Shown: one piece after another, positions 16,212 through 26,037 of the stretch | Numbering within the stretch: the first letter of the stretch is position 1 | Layout: each line of letters starts with the position of its first letter | Source of the DNA: Burkholderiales bacterium | Lineage (GTDB): Bacteria > Pseudomonadota > Gammaproteobacteria > Burkholderiales > Burkholderiaceae_C | Direction of reading: 5' to 3' | NCBI GenBank assembly: GCA_043760085.1 | Contig: JAYUPO010000150.1 | Location: 1 to 41,205 of the forward strand | DNA length: 41,205 nucleotides | The notes under the pieces: generated by a model | What the model was told of the DNA's origin: nothing | What the model saw: the letters and a program-made list of their open reading frames with translations, nothing else | Database searches by the model: none | Translations under genes and position numbers: made by a program

Positions 16212-18362
16212 TTAGTGGGCGGCAAGCGGGGTGACGCTGCTGCGCGGGGGCGGGGGCGGGTTGTGCTGAGGCGGCAGCCGCGGCGCACGCACCTCGAAGC
16301 GCAGTTCTTGCACCAATTGGCCCTGCGCGCCCAGCAGCTTCAGGCTGTGGCGCCCGGGTTGCGCGGCCCAGGCCAGGCGCGCGCCGCTGCCCAAGCGCTG
16401 TCCATTCAAGACCCAGGTGCCGCTCTCGCCAGTGAACACGATGCGTTGCACGGCGGCGGGCATGTCGGGGTCCAGCGCATACACGCTGCCGGGGCGCGGG
16501 CTGGTGATGGCGATGGGCGCGGTGGCCGTGGCTTCGTTTGCGGCAGCGGGCCGCCAGGTGCCGGCCATGAACAACTCATCGCGTGCCGGCTCGCGCGCGT
16601 TGGCGATGTGCACGCGCTGGCGCTGCACGCCCGCGGGCAAGGCGCTGGCGCGCGAGGGCTGGTGTAGATGCAAGTGCCGCACCAAGGCTTGCCAGATCGG
16701 CGCGGCGCCGCTGACGCCGCTCACGTTATGCATCGGCGCGCCATCGGCATTGCCGACCCACACGCCCACGGTGAAGCGCTCGGTGTAGCCGATGCACCAG
16801 TTGTCGCGCATGTCCTTCGAGGTGCCGGTCTTGACCGCCGCGTAGCCGCTGCTGGCCAGCACGCTGTCGAGGCCAAAGCTCAGCGCGCGCGCGTTGTTGT
16901 CGGCCAGGATGTCGCTGGTCAACGCCACCGCGGCGGCAGCGGCCACGCGCTGGCCCGCTGGCGCACCCGGCGGCGCACCCACGGGCGCACCTACAGGCGC
17001 ATGACGCCCGCCGTTGGCCAGGCCGCGGTAGGCGTTGGTCAGATCCAGCAGCGTCACTTCAGCGCCGCCCAGGGCCAGCGCCTGGCCGTAGTGGGCGGCG
17101 GGTTGCGCCAGCTTCAGGCCGTGGGCATTCAGGCGCTCGTGCACCGCGTCCATGCCCAACAGGCCGGCCACACGAACGGCGGGCACGTTCAGGCTGGCAC
17201 CCAGGGCTGCGCGGGCACTGACCCAGCCCTTGAACTGACGGTCATAGTTTCGCGGCAGATACAACCCGGCGCTGGTGGCCACCTGCGCGGGCGAATCGTC
17301 AAGCAGGCTGGCCGGGGTGATGAGCCGCTGCTCGAACGCCAGGGTGTAGATGAAGGGCTTGAGCGTGGAGCCGGGCAGGCGGCGCGCGAGCACGCCATCG
17401 ACCGCCGCGGCGTCACTCAGCTCGCCGCTGGAGCCCACCCAGGCCAGCACCTCGCCGCTGGCGTTGTCGAGCACCAGCACGGCGCCGTCTTGCACATTGC
17501 GCCCGGACAGTTCGCTTAACTGTTGATGTAAGGCAACTGCGGCGCTGGCTTGCACCCGGGCATCCAGGCTGGTTTGGGTTTGGTCTGGATGCCTGGCCAG
17601 CCAGTAGCGCGCGAAGTGCGGTGCCAGGGCCGGGCCGAGCAAGGGCCCGGGCCGGCGCGCCAGGGCGTTGGCGGTGAAGGTCTGCACGCCTGTGCACGCG
17701 CGTGTTTGCGCGCGCAGCACGGCGCAGGCGCGCTGCGCCACCGTGTCGGCGCCGGCGTTGGGCGCACGCACCAAGGCGGCCATGACGGCGGCCTCTTGCG
17801 CATCCAGCCCGCTGGCATGCTTGCCGAACAGGGTTTGCGCCATGGCGTTCACGCCCACCAGTTCGCCGCGCAGCGGCACCTGGTTCAGGTAGGCCTCCAG
17901 GATCTGGCTCTTGCTCCAGCGCTGCTCAAGTTGCAGCGCCAGGCTGGCCTGGCCGATCTTTTGCACCACGCTGCGGCCGCCGCCGGGGCGGGCCAGCTCG
18001 GCGTCGAGCAAGCCGGCCAGTTGCATGGTCAGGGTGGACGCGCCGCGCGTGCGCGTGTTCCACAAATTGGCAAAGGCGCTGCGCGCCGCGGCGGCCCAGT
18101 CGACGCCGCTGTGCTGCCAGAAGCGCTGGTCTTCGCTCAGCACGATGGCTTGCAACAGCGCCGGCGACATCTCGTCCAGCGCCAGCCACGGTGCGCGGCG
18201 CACGCTGGCATCAATGCGCAGGGTTTGCAGCGCCTGGCCGTGGCGGTCTTGCAGGGTGATGTCTGACGGGCGGTGCGCGCGGCGCACATCGTCGAAGTTG
18301 GGCAAGGCGCTGGCAATGCCGGCAGCCAGCGCCAGCACCATGCCGGTTAACCATCGAATCAA
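16212..18362 (-). CDS. pbpC: Penicillin-binding protein 1C
   Basis: Transglycosylase SEDQRF, GASTLTMQLA; transpeptidase STLK, SLN, KTGTS; directly downstream of alpha-2-macroglobulin. Confidence 0.95.
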   Translation of the reverse strand: MIRWLTGMVLALAAGIASALPNFDDVRRAHRPSDITLQDRHGQALQTLRIDASVRRAPWLALDEMSPALLQAIVLSEDQRFWQHSGVDWAAAARSAFANLWNTRTRGASTLTMQLAGLLDAELARPGGGRSVVQKIGQASLALQLEQRWSKSQILEAYLNQVPLRGELVGVNAMAQTLFGKHASGLDAQEAAVMAALVRAPNAGADTVAQRACAVLRAQTRACTGVQTFTANALARRPGPLLGPALAPHFARYWLARHPDQTQTSLDARVQASAAVALHQQLSELSGRNVQDGAVLVLDNASGEVLAWVGSSGELSDAAAVDGVLARRLPGSTLKPFIYTLAFEQRLITPASLLDDSPAQVATSAGLYLPRNYDRQFKGWVSARAALGASLNVPAVRVAGLLGMDAVHERLNAHGLKLAQPAAHYGQALALGGAEVTLLDLTNAYRGLANGGRHAPVGAPVGAPPGAPAGQRVAAAAAVALTSDILADNNARALSFGLDSVLASSGYAAVKTGTSKDMRDNWCIGYTERFTVGVWVGNADGAPMHNVSGVSGAAPIWQALVRHLHLHQPSRASALPAGVQRQRVHIANAREPARDELFMAGTWRPAAANEATATAPIAITSPRPGSVYALDPDMPAAVQRIVFTGESGTWVLNGQRLGSGARLAWAAQPGRHSLKLLGAQGQLVQELRFEVRAPRLPPQHNPPPPPRSSVTPLAAH

Positions 18363-21300
18363 GGCGACACCTCGATCGCCGCGTTGGGCAGCGCGCCGTG
18401 GCGCTCGGGTGCGTACATGGCTTCCACTCGCGTGGGCGGCAGCGCAAAGCGCCCGGCGCTGTTCAGGCGCAGCGTGTATTCCAGAACATGCTTGCCGCGC
18501 GGCAGGAATTCGTAGTAGCTGCGAAAGGCTTCGAAGCTGCGTTCCTGGTATGCCGGCCAGGCTTGGCCGGAGCGCTTTTCGCCGCGGCTGGCAATGGTCG
18601 ACTCGCCGCCCAGCCCGCTGCCCAGCACCACCGCGCCGGCGGGCACGGGGTCGCTCACCACGACCCAGTTCATGTCGGCGCTGGCGTCAACTTCCAGGCG
18701 CACGCGCAGCACATCACCCCGGCTCCACTGGGTGGCGTCTTTGCGCTCTACAGCCACCACCGTGCGCTGGAGCCAGTAGCCCGCGCGCAGCGGCGCCTTC
18801 AGCGGCACGGCGGCCAGGGCCTGCACCGTGACCCAGGGCTTGCCGCTGCCTTCATGGCTGATCTGCAACGTGCCGGCGGCCAGCGGCAAAGCGGGCAGGG
18901 CGCCGCCCTCTGGGTGCGCTGCCCAATCAAGCTGGCTGTTAGTGTTAGTGCTAGTGCTAGTGCTGCTGCTGCTGCTGCTACCCAATGCCGCCTTGGTGAT
19001 GCCCGCCACCGGCACCGCCTCGAACGCGGCGCTGAACTTGCGCAGCGCCAGCACGCTCCACAAGTTGCCGGTGGTGGTGGACCAGGCGCCGGCTTGCTGG
19101 CGCGCCAGGTGGCCGAGCACCAGGCGCGGCAGGTCTGGCTTCCACTGCGCATCGTCAAGCGTGGCCAGGATGAGCCGCGCCGCATTGCCGTCGGCACTGT
19201 CCATCAGCCACCACCAGGCGTCATCACTTTCGTTGCTGAACTTCAACGTGGTGCCGGAGATATTCAGCCGCGCGCGCAGCAAGGCCTGTGCTTCGGCCAG
19301 GCGCGTGGCGTGTTGCGGCACACCATTCATTCGTTTGAGCAGGCTGAGCCAATCGAGCAGCGTGGCGGTGGGCCACAGGGTGGGCGTGAGGTTGATCGAA
19401 TCGAGCATGGCCGCGCGCGCCTTGCCGTGCCGCGCCAGGGCCTCGATGGCAGCGAGCTTGCGCGCATCCAGGTCGGCGCGCGGCGCCCAGAAGCGGCGCT
19501 CGATGCGGCCTTCCACGAATGCCGCCAGGCCGGCCAACATGGCATCACGCGCCGGCGCCGGAATCTCGGCGCCGGCCTCTTGCGCCGCGGCCAACACGTA
19601 GGCGGTGAGGCGGTCGCTGCCCTGCGCCGCGCCGGCGTTGCTGGTGGGGAAGTAGCTGGCCAGGCCGTCGGCATCAAGGTAACTCGGCAACTCCCGGGTC
19701 AGCGCTGCCCAACGTTTCAGGTCAGCCAACCCCAGGGCCACCGAGGCCTTTTGTTCCAGGCAACTGTAGGGGTAAGTCTCGAAAAAGCGCTGCACCCCCG
19801 GCAGCGCCGTGGCCAGTTTGGCTTGCACTGAAACGCGCAGGCTTGCGGAGCCCGGCAAGGCATCGGCCGGTACGGTGGTGGTGATGGTGCTGGCGTTGGC
19901 TTGGGCGCTGTCGAGCGCGCGCACGCTGGCCTGTACGACGCGCAGCGGCACGGCGCGGCTGACCCTTTGCGTGAAGGTGACCTGGTCTTTGGCCTTGCCT
20001 TGCAGTTCAGCCACCGTGGCTTGCCAGGTGATGCGCAAGGCGTTGCCGGGAACGGCCACGTCCCAGCTCAGTTCGCGCGCCGCGCCGGCGGCCAGGGTGA
20101 TGTCTTGCGGCGGCAAGGCCAGGGCGGCGCGGTCAGGGCCTGGGGCGCTCGCTGCTGAACTAGCGGCTGAGCTTGCTGTCGCGCTCGCGGCCATGAACGC
20201 CGGCTCGCTGTTCACCGTGCCCTGCAAGGCCACGCGCAGTTTCATCTCGCGCGCCGTGGTGTTGCGGGCGGTGAATGTGGCCACGAAGCGGTCCCCCTGG
20301 CGCACCAGCGGCGGCAGGCCGCTGAGCAGTTGCAGGTCCTGGCTGACGCGGATGCTGGCCGATCCGGTGCCGAACTGCTGCCCGCCGGCATCGGCCACCG
20401 CCACCAGCTTGAAGCGGGTGAGCGAATCGTTCAGCGGCACTTCAAGCACCGCTTCGCCGCGCGCGTCGAGCGTGACCACAGGGCGCCACAGCAGCAACGT
20501 GTCGAACAGCTCGCGCGTGGGCCGGCGCCCGCCGCCGCCGCCGGCGGGCACGGCCTTGCGGCCGAAGTGGCGCCGGCCGACGATTTCACTGTGGGCGGTG
20601 CTGGTTTCCACGCCCCAGGCGCGCGCGGGCATCAAGCCATTCAGCAAGTCCCATGAAACGTTAGGGCTCAAGGCCAGCAGGCCTTCGTCGACCGCGGCAA
20701 ACGCCACCTGCGCATCGGCCAGCGGCTGGCCGGCGTGGCTGACCTTGATGCGCACGCTGGCCTTGTCACGCACGCCGTACAGTTCCTTGTCGGGCGTGAC
20801 GCTCACTTGCAGTTCATGCGCAGCCAGGCCCACCAAGAGCCGCGCCGCGCCGAACTTGTGCGCCGGGCGCGCCAGGTCAGCCATCGCCGTGGGCGGCTGG
20901 AACAGCGGGCCTTCTTCGCGCCAGGCTTGCCACCAGTCGAGCGGCGTCTTCCAGCCCCAGTCGAAGAAGCTGCGCCACGGCACGTGGCGCACACGCCCGC
21001 GCAGGGCCAGCACGCTCACATAGACATTCGGGCCCCAGCTCTTGTCGATCTTCAGCTCAATGGTCGGGTCGTCAGCGCGCAGCGTGAGCACGCGCGTGGC
21101 GATCACGCCTTCACGCTCCACGCTGAGCAGCACCGTGGCCTGGCGGAACGGCATGCGCACTTGCAGCCGCGCCGTCTCACCGGGCTGGTACTGCTTCTTT
21201 TCGGGCAGCAGGTCGATGCGGTCGTCGTTGTCCTGTGCAAACCACAGTTCGCCGCTGCGCGTGACCCACAGGCTGGCCGCGGCCTCGGCGCTGCGGCCTT

Positions 21301-24169
21301 GGGCGTCGGCGCTGCTGGCCACCAGTTCCACCTGGCCGGCGCGCTGCAAATCCACATCACATTCAAGCTGGCCGCGGCTGTCACTCAGGCCGCTGCACAG
21401 CACGCCCAGGTCCACCACCTGGCGCGTTTCGTCATAGGCGTACAGGCCACCGATCAGGCGCTTGCGCGCGCTGCTGCGCAGTTGGTGGCGCCCGCGCAGT
21501 TCAAGCTTCTGCTTGACCAGCGGCGTGCCGGCGGTGCTCAACGCCAGCAGTTGCACGCGCTGGCGCGCGCCGCGCGTGCTGGCCCAGCCCTGGGTACGCA
21601 GGCCCAGCACCACCTCGCTGGGCCACAGTTCGATGCGCGTGGTGGCGGTTTTCAGCTCGCCGTTCGGGTCGGTGTAGTTCGCCTCGGCTTGCAACAGGCT
21701 GGGCCGCTTGATTGCCGGCAACTCTTTGAGCATGAGCGTGGCCGCACCTTGTGCATCGGTCTTGGCGGCGATCTTGTCGGCCACCAGGCGCGCGCCATCG
21801 TTCGTTTCATCCTCGCTCGCGGCGGCCGCTTCGCTCAGGTCAAGCCGTGGCGCCGCGAACTGGTATTCCTCGTAGCCGGCAAAGCTGATGGCGCGCTCGC
21901 GCAGCAAGGCGCTGGCCTGCACGCTCGCACCGGCCACCGGCCCACCGGCCATGAAGTTGAGTTGCAATTGCAGCGCCAGTTCGCGCGGCAGGATGGGCAC
22001 GGCCTTGGGCGCTGACAAACGCGCATCGATTAACGGAACGCGAAACTCTTCGACGCGGAACTCACCGCTTTGCTGGCTGAAGGCTTCACGCCCCGGGCGG
22101 GCCGGGCGTTCAAGCTCGATGCGGTATTGGCCCAGCCTGGCACCCGCCGGCACCTCGAAGCGCGCGCTAGCCTGGCGCGCACCTTGCCAGGCCAGGGGCA
22201 GGAAGCTTTCCTGCCCGCTGCCGCTGTGCACGATGCGCGCTCGCGTCGGCAGGTCTTCGGGCTTGGGCAGGCTCAGGCCGGCGCTGGTTTCAATGCGCGC
22301 GAAGTGCTTCATGGCCACTGTCTCACCCGCACGCACCAAGCTGCGGTCGAGCACGGTGTGGGTGCGCAAGTCGGGTTGCGGGCCTGCGCTGGTGTTGAAG
22401 TTGAAACGCCAGGGCTCGATGCCTTTTTGCCAACTGCTCAGCACGAACGACACATCGGCGCGGCCTTGCTCATCGGTCTTGCGCGCGCTGACGAACAGGG
22501 TGTCGTCGTCAGCACAGGCGGTGTTGCGCAGCGGCAGGGGCTCGCTCATGCGCGCCAGGCCCTGCGCATCGGTGCTGCCGCTCCACAGCGCGCGGCCTTG
22601 GCAATCGTTGATGGCCACTTGCGCGCCGGCCACCGGGCGGGCGCGGTCCAGCGTGGTGACCCAGACCACGGCGTTCTCGCGCCCGCGCTTCACATGCACG
22701 CCCAGGTTTGTGACGAGAGCGGCGGTGCGCACGTACAGCGGCGCGGGCTTGGCCAGCAGCGCGGCGCCCAGGCGCGGCGACTCTATTTCCAGCACATGCA
22801 GGCCGGGTTCGGGCAGCGGCACGCCCACCACTTCAAGCGGCCGTTGGGCTGCGCCATCAAGCTGCGGCAGCTCGAGCTTGCGCGGCGCGTCTTGCGCGCC
22901 GAAGGCACTGCGCTCGCGCGCTTCGAACTTGTCGTCCAGCTCACGCAGCCTGGCCAGCCAGCGCAACATGTCGGCGTCGTCAGTGACGCGCAGCACCCGC
23001 ACCGCGCCGCGCGCCACTTCGCCTTGCACATGGCGCAGCGTGAGCGGCAGCATGGCGCCGGCGTTGAGTTCGATGATGCCGAAGGCGCTGTTGGCAAACT
23101 TGGCCAACGGCGGCGCCTCGCCGCTGCGCACGGCCAACGGGAACTGCGCCGCGTTGGCCAATCTGCGGCCGGTGTGGTCGGCCAGGTCGGGCGGCACTTC
23201 AAGCTGGAAGCCGGCGTTTTCGGCCTGCACCGGCGCGAACTGCACGCTGCTCACTTCGGGGCTGTTGTCATCGGCATCGAACCGCGGCTTCAGGGCGTCG
23301 CCGCGCAGCGGCCGCAGCACCAGTTTGGCCGCCAGCGCACGCGGCACGGCTGAGCTGAATTGCACCGTGAACGGCAGCATGGGCAGGCACGGCGCCGTGG
23401 CGCGTTCGCGCTGGCAATGAAACTCGGCCGTGAAGCGCTTGCGCACGACGAAGTTGGTGCGTTGCTCAATGCTCGTCAGCACCTCGGGCTGGCTGGCCGT
23501 GGCAATGCCCGGGCCCCACACCAGCCGCACCTTGGCTTCGTTGGGCAGCGCTCGTTCGCAGGCCAGCAACAGCACCCGCGCCTGGCGCGCGCTTAAGCGG
23601 CGCGCCTTGATCACCTCGTCGCGCTGCGCGCCGGTGATGATGCGCACCGGCACGCGGTCCCCCAGCCCTTCGATCTGGCACCAGGCGTGGCGCAGCACGC
23701 TTTGCGCTTGCGCCGCGCCGTTCAATTCGAGCAGGAAGGTCTGGTCTTCCTCGATTTGCGCGCCGGCAAACGGCCGGGTTGACAGGACAGCCGGCCCGCC
23801 GGTGGAAAAGGCGGCTTCGCGCGCCCCTTCCAGGCTGCCTTGCAGCGGCTTCCAGCCGGCGCGCAGGCTGACGCGGCAGCGCACGCCGGGGCCCAGCGGG
23901 TCGCGGAAGTCGTGCACCCAGGTGCGCTCGTCTTCCCAGCGCGCGCTGGCCGGCGGCGTGGCGCCGCCGGTGCAGCTCACCTCGAACGGTGCTGGCGCAT
24001 CCGCCTGGCCCAGCGCCACCACGTCGGCACTGAAGCGGGCGCTGATCTGCTGCACGCGCGGGCTTTCACCGCGCGGGCTGAGCGTGACGGTGAAGGCCTG
24101 CGCCCCGCCGTGTACCAGGCCGATGCCCAGGCCGATGACCAGGCACAGCGCGCGCAGCAAGGCGGTCAT
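18359..24169 (-). CDS. Bacterial alpha-2-macroglobulin with thioester motif
   Basis: 1936 aa; FRVEEFRVP, FAAVDEGLL, LNDSLTRF, YPYSCLEQ (CxEQ), PPTRVEAMYAPE; paired with pbpC. Confidence 0.95.
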   Translation of the reverse strand: MTALLRALCLVIGLGIGLVHGGAQAFTVTLSPRGESPRVQQISARFSADVVALGQADAPAPFEVSCTGGATPPASARWEDERTWVHDFRDPLGPGVRCRVSLRAGWKPLQGSLEGAREAAFSTGGPAVLSTRPFAGAQIEEDQTFLLELNGAAQAQSVLRHAWCQIEGLGDRVPVRIITGAQRDEVIKARRLSARQARVLLLACERALPNEAKVRLVWGPGIATASQPEVLTSIEQRTNFVVRKRFTAEFHCQRERATAPCLPMLPFTVQFSSAVPRALAAKLVLRPLRGDALKPRFDADDNSPEVSSVQFAPVQAENAGFQLEVPPDLADHTGRRLANAAQFPLAVRSGEAPPLAKFANSAFGIIELNAGAMLPLTLRHVQGEVARGAVRVLRVTDDADMLRWLARLRELDDKFEARERSAFGAQDAPRKLELPQLDGAAQRPLEVVGVPLPEPGLHVLEIESPRLGAALLAKPAPLYVRTAALVTNLGVHVKRGRENAVVWVTTLDRARPVAGAQVAINDCQGRALWSGSTDAQGLARMSEPLPLRNTACADDDTLFVSARKTDEQGRADVSFVLSSWQKGIEPWRFNFNTSAGPQPDLRTHTVLDRSLVRAGETVAMKHFARIETSAGLSLPKPEDLPTRARIVHSGSGQESFLPLAWQGARQASARFEVPAGARLGQYRIELERPARPGREAFSQQSGEFRVEEFRVPLIDARLSAPKAVPILPRELALQLQLNFMAGGPVAGASVQASALLRERAISFAGYEEYQFAAPRLDLSEAAAASEDETNDGARLVADKIAAKTDAQGAATLMLKELPAIKRPSLLQAEANYTDPNGELKTATTRIELWPSEVVLGLRTQGWASTRGARQRVQLLALSTAGTPLVKQKLELRGRHQLRSSARKRLIGGLYAYDETRQVVDLGVLCSGLSDSRGQLECDVDLQRAGQVELVASSADAQGRSAEAAASLWVTRSGELWFAQDNDDRIDLLPEKKQYQPGETARLQVRMPFRQATVLLSVEREGVIATRVLTLRADDPTIELKIDKSWGPNVYVSVLALRGRVRHVPWRSFFDWGWKTPLDWWQAWREEGPLFQPPTAMADLARPAHKFGAARLLVGLAAHELQVSVTPDKELYGVRDKASVRIKVSHAGQPLADAQVAFAAVDEGLLALSPNVSWDLLNGLMPARAWGVETSTAHSEIVGRRHFGRKAVPAGGGGGRRPTRELFDTLLLWRPVVTLDARGEAVLEVPLNDSLTRFKLVAVADAGGQQFGTGSASIRVSQDLQLLSGLPPLVRQGDRFVATFTARNTTAREMKLRVALQGTVNSEPAFMAASATASSAASSAASAPGPDRAALALPPQDITLAAGAARELSWDVAVPGNALRITWQATVAELQGKAKDQVTFTQRVSRAVPLRVVQASVRALDSAQANASTITTTVPADALPGSASLRVSVQAKLATALPGVQRFFETYPYSCLEQKASVALGLADLKRWAALTRELPSYLDADGLASYFPTSNAGAAQGSDRLTAYVLAAAQEAGAEIPAPARDAMLAGLAAFVEGRIERRFWAPRADLDARKLAAIEALARHGKARAAMLDSINLTPTLWPTATLLDWLSLLKRMNGVPQHATRLAEAQALLRARLNISGTTLKFSNESDDAWWWLMDSADGNAARLILATLDDAQWKPDLPRLVLGHLARQQAGAWSTTTGNLWSVLALRKFSAAFEAVPVAGITKAALGSSSSSSTSTSTNTNSQLDWAAHPEGGALPALPLAAGTLQISHEGSGKPWVTVQALAAVPLKAPLRAGYWLQRTVVAVERKDATQWSRGDVLRVRLEVDASADMNWVVVSDPVPAGAVVLGSGLGGESTIASRGEKRSGQAWPAYQERSFEAFRSYYEFLPRGKHVLEYTLRLNSAGRFALPPTRVEAMYAPERHGALPNAAIEVSP
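18935..18979 (-). repeat. In-frame microsatellite in A2M: (AGC)6 plus (ACTARC)4
   Basis: Encodes SSSSSSTSTSTNTNS and uses ACT codons, which are uncommon in the rest of this GC-rich gene. Confidence 0.8.
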
Positions 24170-24210
24170 GCGCGGTGGGCCTTGGCGCCGATCAGCCGGT
24201 GATGAAGGCT

Positions 24211-25188
24211 TCAGGCCAGCAGAGTGCGGCGCAGTTCTGCCGCGCAGATGCGCACCGCGGTGTTGGCTTCGTCGATCACTCGGCCCATGGTGATGAAGCC
24301 GTGAATCTGGCGCTCGAAGCAGATATGCGTGGCCGTGTTGCCGGCCTGGGTGAGGGCTTGCGAATACTGCAAGCCTTCATCGCGCAGCGGGTCGTAGCCG
24401 GCGGTGAGCACGAGGGCCGGAGGCAAACCTTTGAGATCACTGTGCAGCAGCGGGCTGGCGCGCCAATCGGCGTCGTGCGCCGGGTCGGTGATGTAGTGGT
24501 CGTGGAAGTACGTCATGGTGTCGCGGGTGAGCAGGTAACCCTCGCCGTTGCTGGTGTGCGATGGCGCGACGCGGCGCATGTCGGTGGCCGGGTAGATGAG
24601 CAACTGGTGGCGCAAGGCCACGGCGCCGGCACCGCGCGAACGTTCGTCATGCAAACGTTCGTCATGCAATCGTTCATCCCGCAAGGCGATGGCCACCACC
24701 GCGGCCAGGTTGCCGCCGGCGCTGTCACCGCCCACGGCCATGCGTTGCGCATCCAGCCCCAGTTCAGCCGCTTGGGCGTGGAGCCAGCGCGTGGCGGCCA
24801 GGCAATCGTCCACCGCCGCCGGAAAGCGGTGCTCGGGGCCCATGCGGTAATCCACCGCCACCACGGCGCAGCCTGATTGCAGGGCCAGTTCGCGGCACAG
24901 GGTGTCGTGGGTGTCCAGGTCGCCGATCACCCAGCCGCCGCCGTGGTAGTACACCAGCACGGGCAGCACGGCCGCGGCGCTGGGGCGATACAGGCGCAAA
25001 GGGATGTCGCCATGCGGCCCGGGAGCGGCAAAGTCGCGCACGCCGTGCACGGGCGGTGGGTCGGGTTGCGTGACGCTGCGCCGGTCGCGATAAAAGGCGC
25101 GCGCCTGCGCCGGCTCAAGGGTGTGGGTGGGCGGCACGCCACGCTCAATCATCAATGCGAGCAGAGCCTGGGCTTGGGGGTGGAGCAT
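24211..25188 (-). CDS. Alpha/beta hydrolase, HSL/Aes-family esterase
   Basis: YYHGGGW oxyanion motif, GDSAGG nucleophile, YDPLRD, IHGF. Confidence 0.95.
   Translation of the reverse strand: MLHPQAQALLALMIERGVPPTHTLEPAQARAFYRDRRSVTQPDPPPVHGVRDFAAPGPHGDIPLRLYRPSAAAVLPVLVYYHGGGWVIGDLDTHDTLCRELALQSGCAVVAVDYRMGPEHRFPAAVDDCLAATRWLHAQAAELGLDAQRMAVGGDSAGGNLAAVVAIALRDERLHDERLHDERSRGAGAVALRHQLLIYPATDMRRVAPSHTSNGEGYLLTRDTMTYFHDHYITDPAHDADWRASPLLHSDLKGLPPALVLTAGYDPLRDEGLQYSQALTQAGNTATHICFERQIHGFITMGRVIDEANTAVRICAAELRRTLLA
24641..24684. repeat. 15-bp in-frame tandem repeat (~3 units)
   Basis: CGTTCGTCATGCAAA / CGTTCGTCATGCAAT / CGTTCATCCCGCAA, giving LRDER-LHDER-LHDER. Confidence 0.85.
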
Positions 25189-25282
25189 GGGGTTCCTTCA
25201 TCAAACAAGTGGGTGCGGCACGCGGGTCGTTGTAGCAGAGTCACGCGACAAGGACGGTGCTGCATGCACCCACAACGCAAGA

Positions 25283-26023
25283 ATGACTCTTCACCTGTCG
25301 CAAGGCCGGGCAGGCGCCATCAGCACAGGGCTGCCTGCCGAACGCAACCGCTTCATCGGTCGCGAGCCGGAGCTGGCCGCGCTGGCGCGCCTGCTGGCTA
25401 CCGGCGCTCACCTGGTGAGCGTGGTGGGCCCGCCGGGCGCGGGCAAGTCGCGCTTGCTGCAGCACTTTGCCTGGGCGGCAGCGAGTGGGTTCAACGGAGG
25501 TGTCTGGTTTTGCGAGCTGGCGGCAGCACGAGGTTTTGGTGCCATGGCGCGTGCCGTGGCTGCCGGGTTGAAGCGTGCCCCGGCCGAAGAGGCTGGCCTG
25601 CGCCAGATCGGCCTGGCACTGGCGCAGCATGGCGACTGCTTGGTGGTCTTGGATCACTTCGAGCAGATCAGGCCGCAAGCGCAGGCCGCGGTGGCCTATT
25701 GGCTGCAGCGCGCGCCCCAGGCGCGCTTTCTGGTGGGTGGCCGCCAGCGCCTGGATCTGGCCGCTGAACGGGCACTGACCTTGGGGCCGTTGGCGGCGCA
25801 GGAGGCCAGCGCATTGTTCGACCATCGCGCCCGCGCGGCGCATTCGGCTTATGCGCCCGGCGCAGAAGACTGCGCCGCGATCGCACCGTTGCTCGGGCAG
25901 CTCGGGCGTTGGCCGGCCGCCATCGAAGCCGCTGCAGCCAAGGTGCGGGTGTTGGGGCCTCGGGCGCAACTTGAGCGCTGCTTCTTGCCGCAGCTCGCGC
26001 AACGTGGCTGGCTGCCGGCTTGA
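25283..26023 (+). CDS. Truncated STAND/NB-ARC-like ATPase (nucleotide-binding module only), possibly a pseudogene
   Basis: LPAERNRFIGREPEL, Walker A GPPGAGKS, GVWFCEL, Walker B LVVLD, degenerate GxP region GRWPAAIEAAAAK; ends before any winged-helix or TPR region. Confidence 0.7.
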   Translation: MTLHLSQGRAGAISTGLPAERNRFIGREPELAALARLLATGAHLVSVVGPPGAGKSRLLQHFAWAAASGFNGGVWFCELAAARGFGAMARAVAAGLKRAPAEEAGLRQIGLALAQHGDCLVVLDHFEQIRPQAQAAVAYWLQRAPQARFLVGGRQRLDLAAERALTLGPLAAQEASALFDHRARAAHSAYAPGAEDCAAIAPLLGQLGRWPAAIEAAAAKVRVLGPRAQLERCFLPQLAQRGWLPA

Positions 26024-26037
26024 CCTGAAGGTGCGCT

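Noticed and set aside
18398-24293. Long plus-strand ORFs opposite alpha-2-macroglobulin
   Set aside because: Typical stop-poor antisense frames of high-GC genes.
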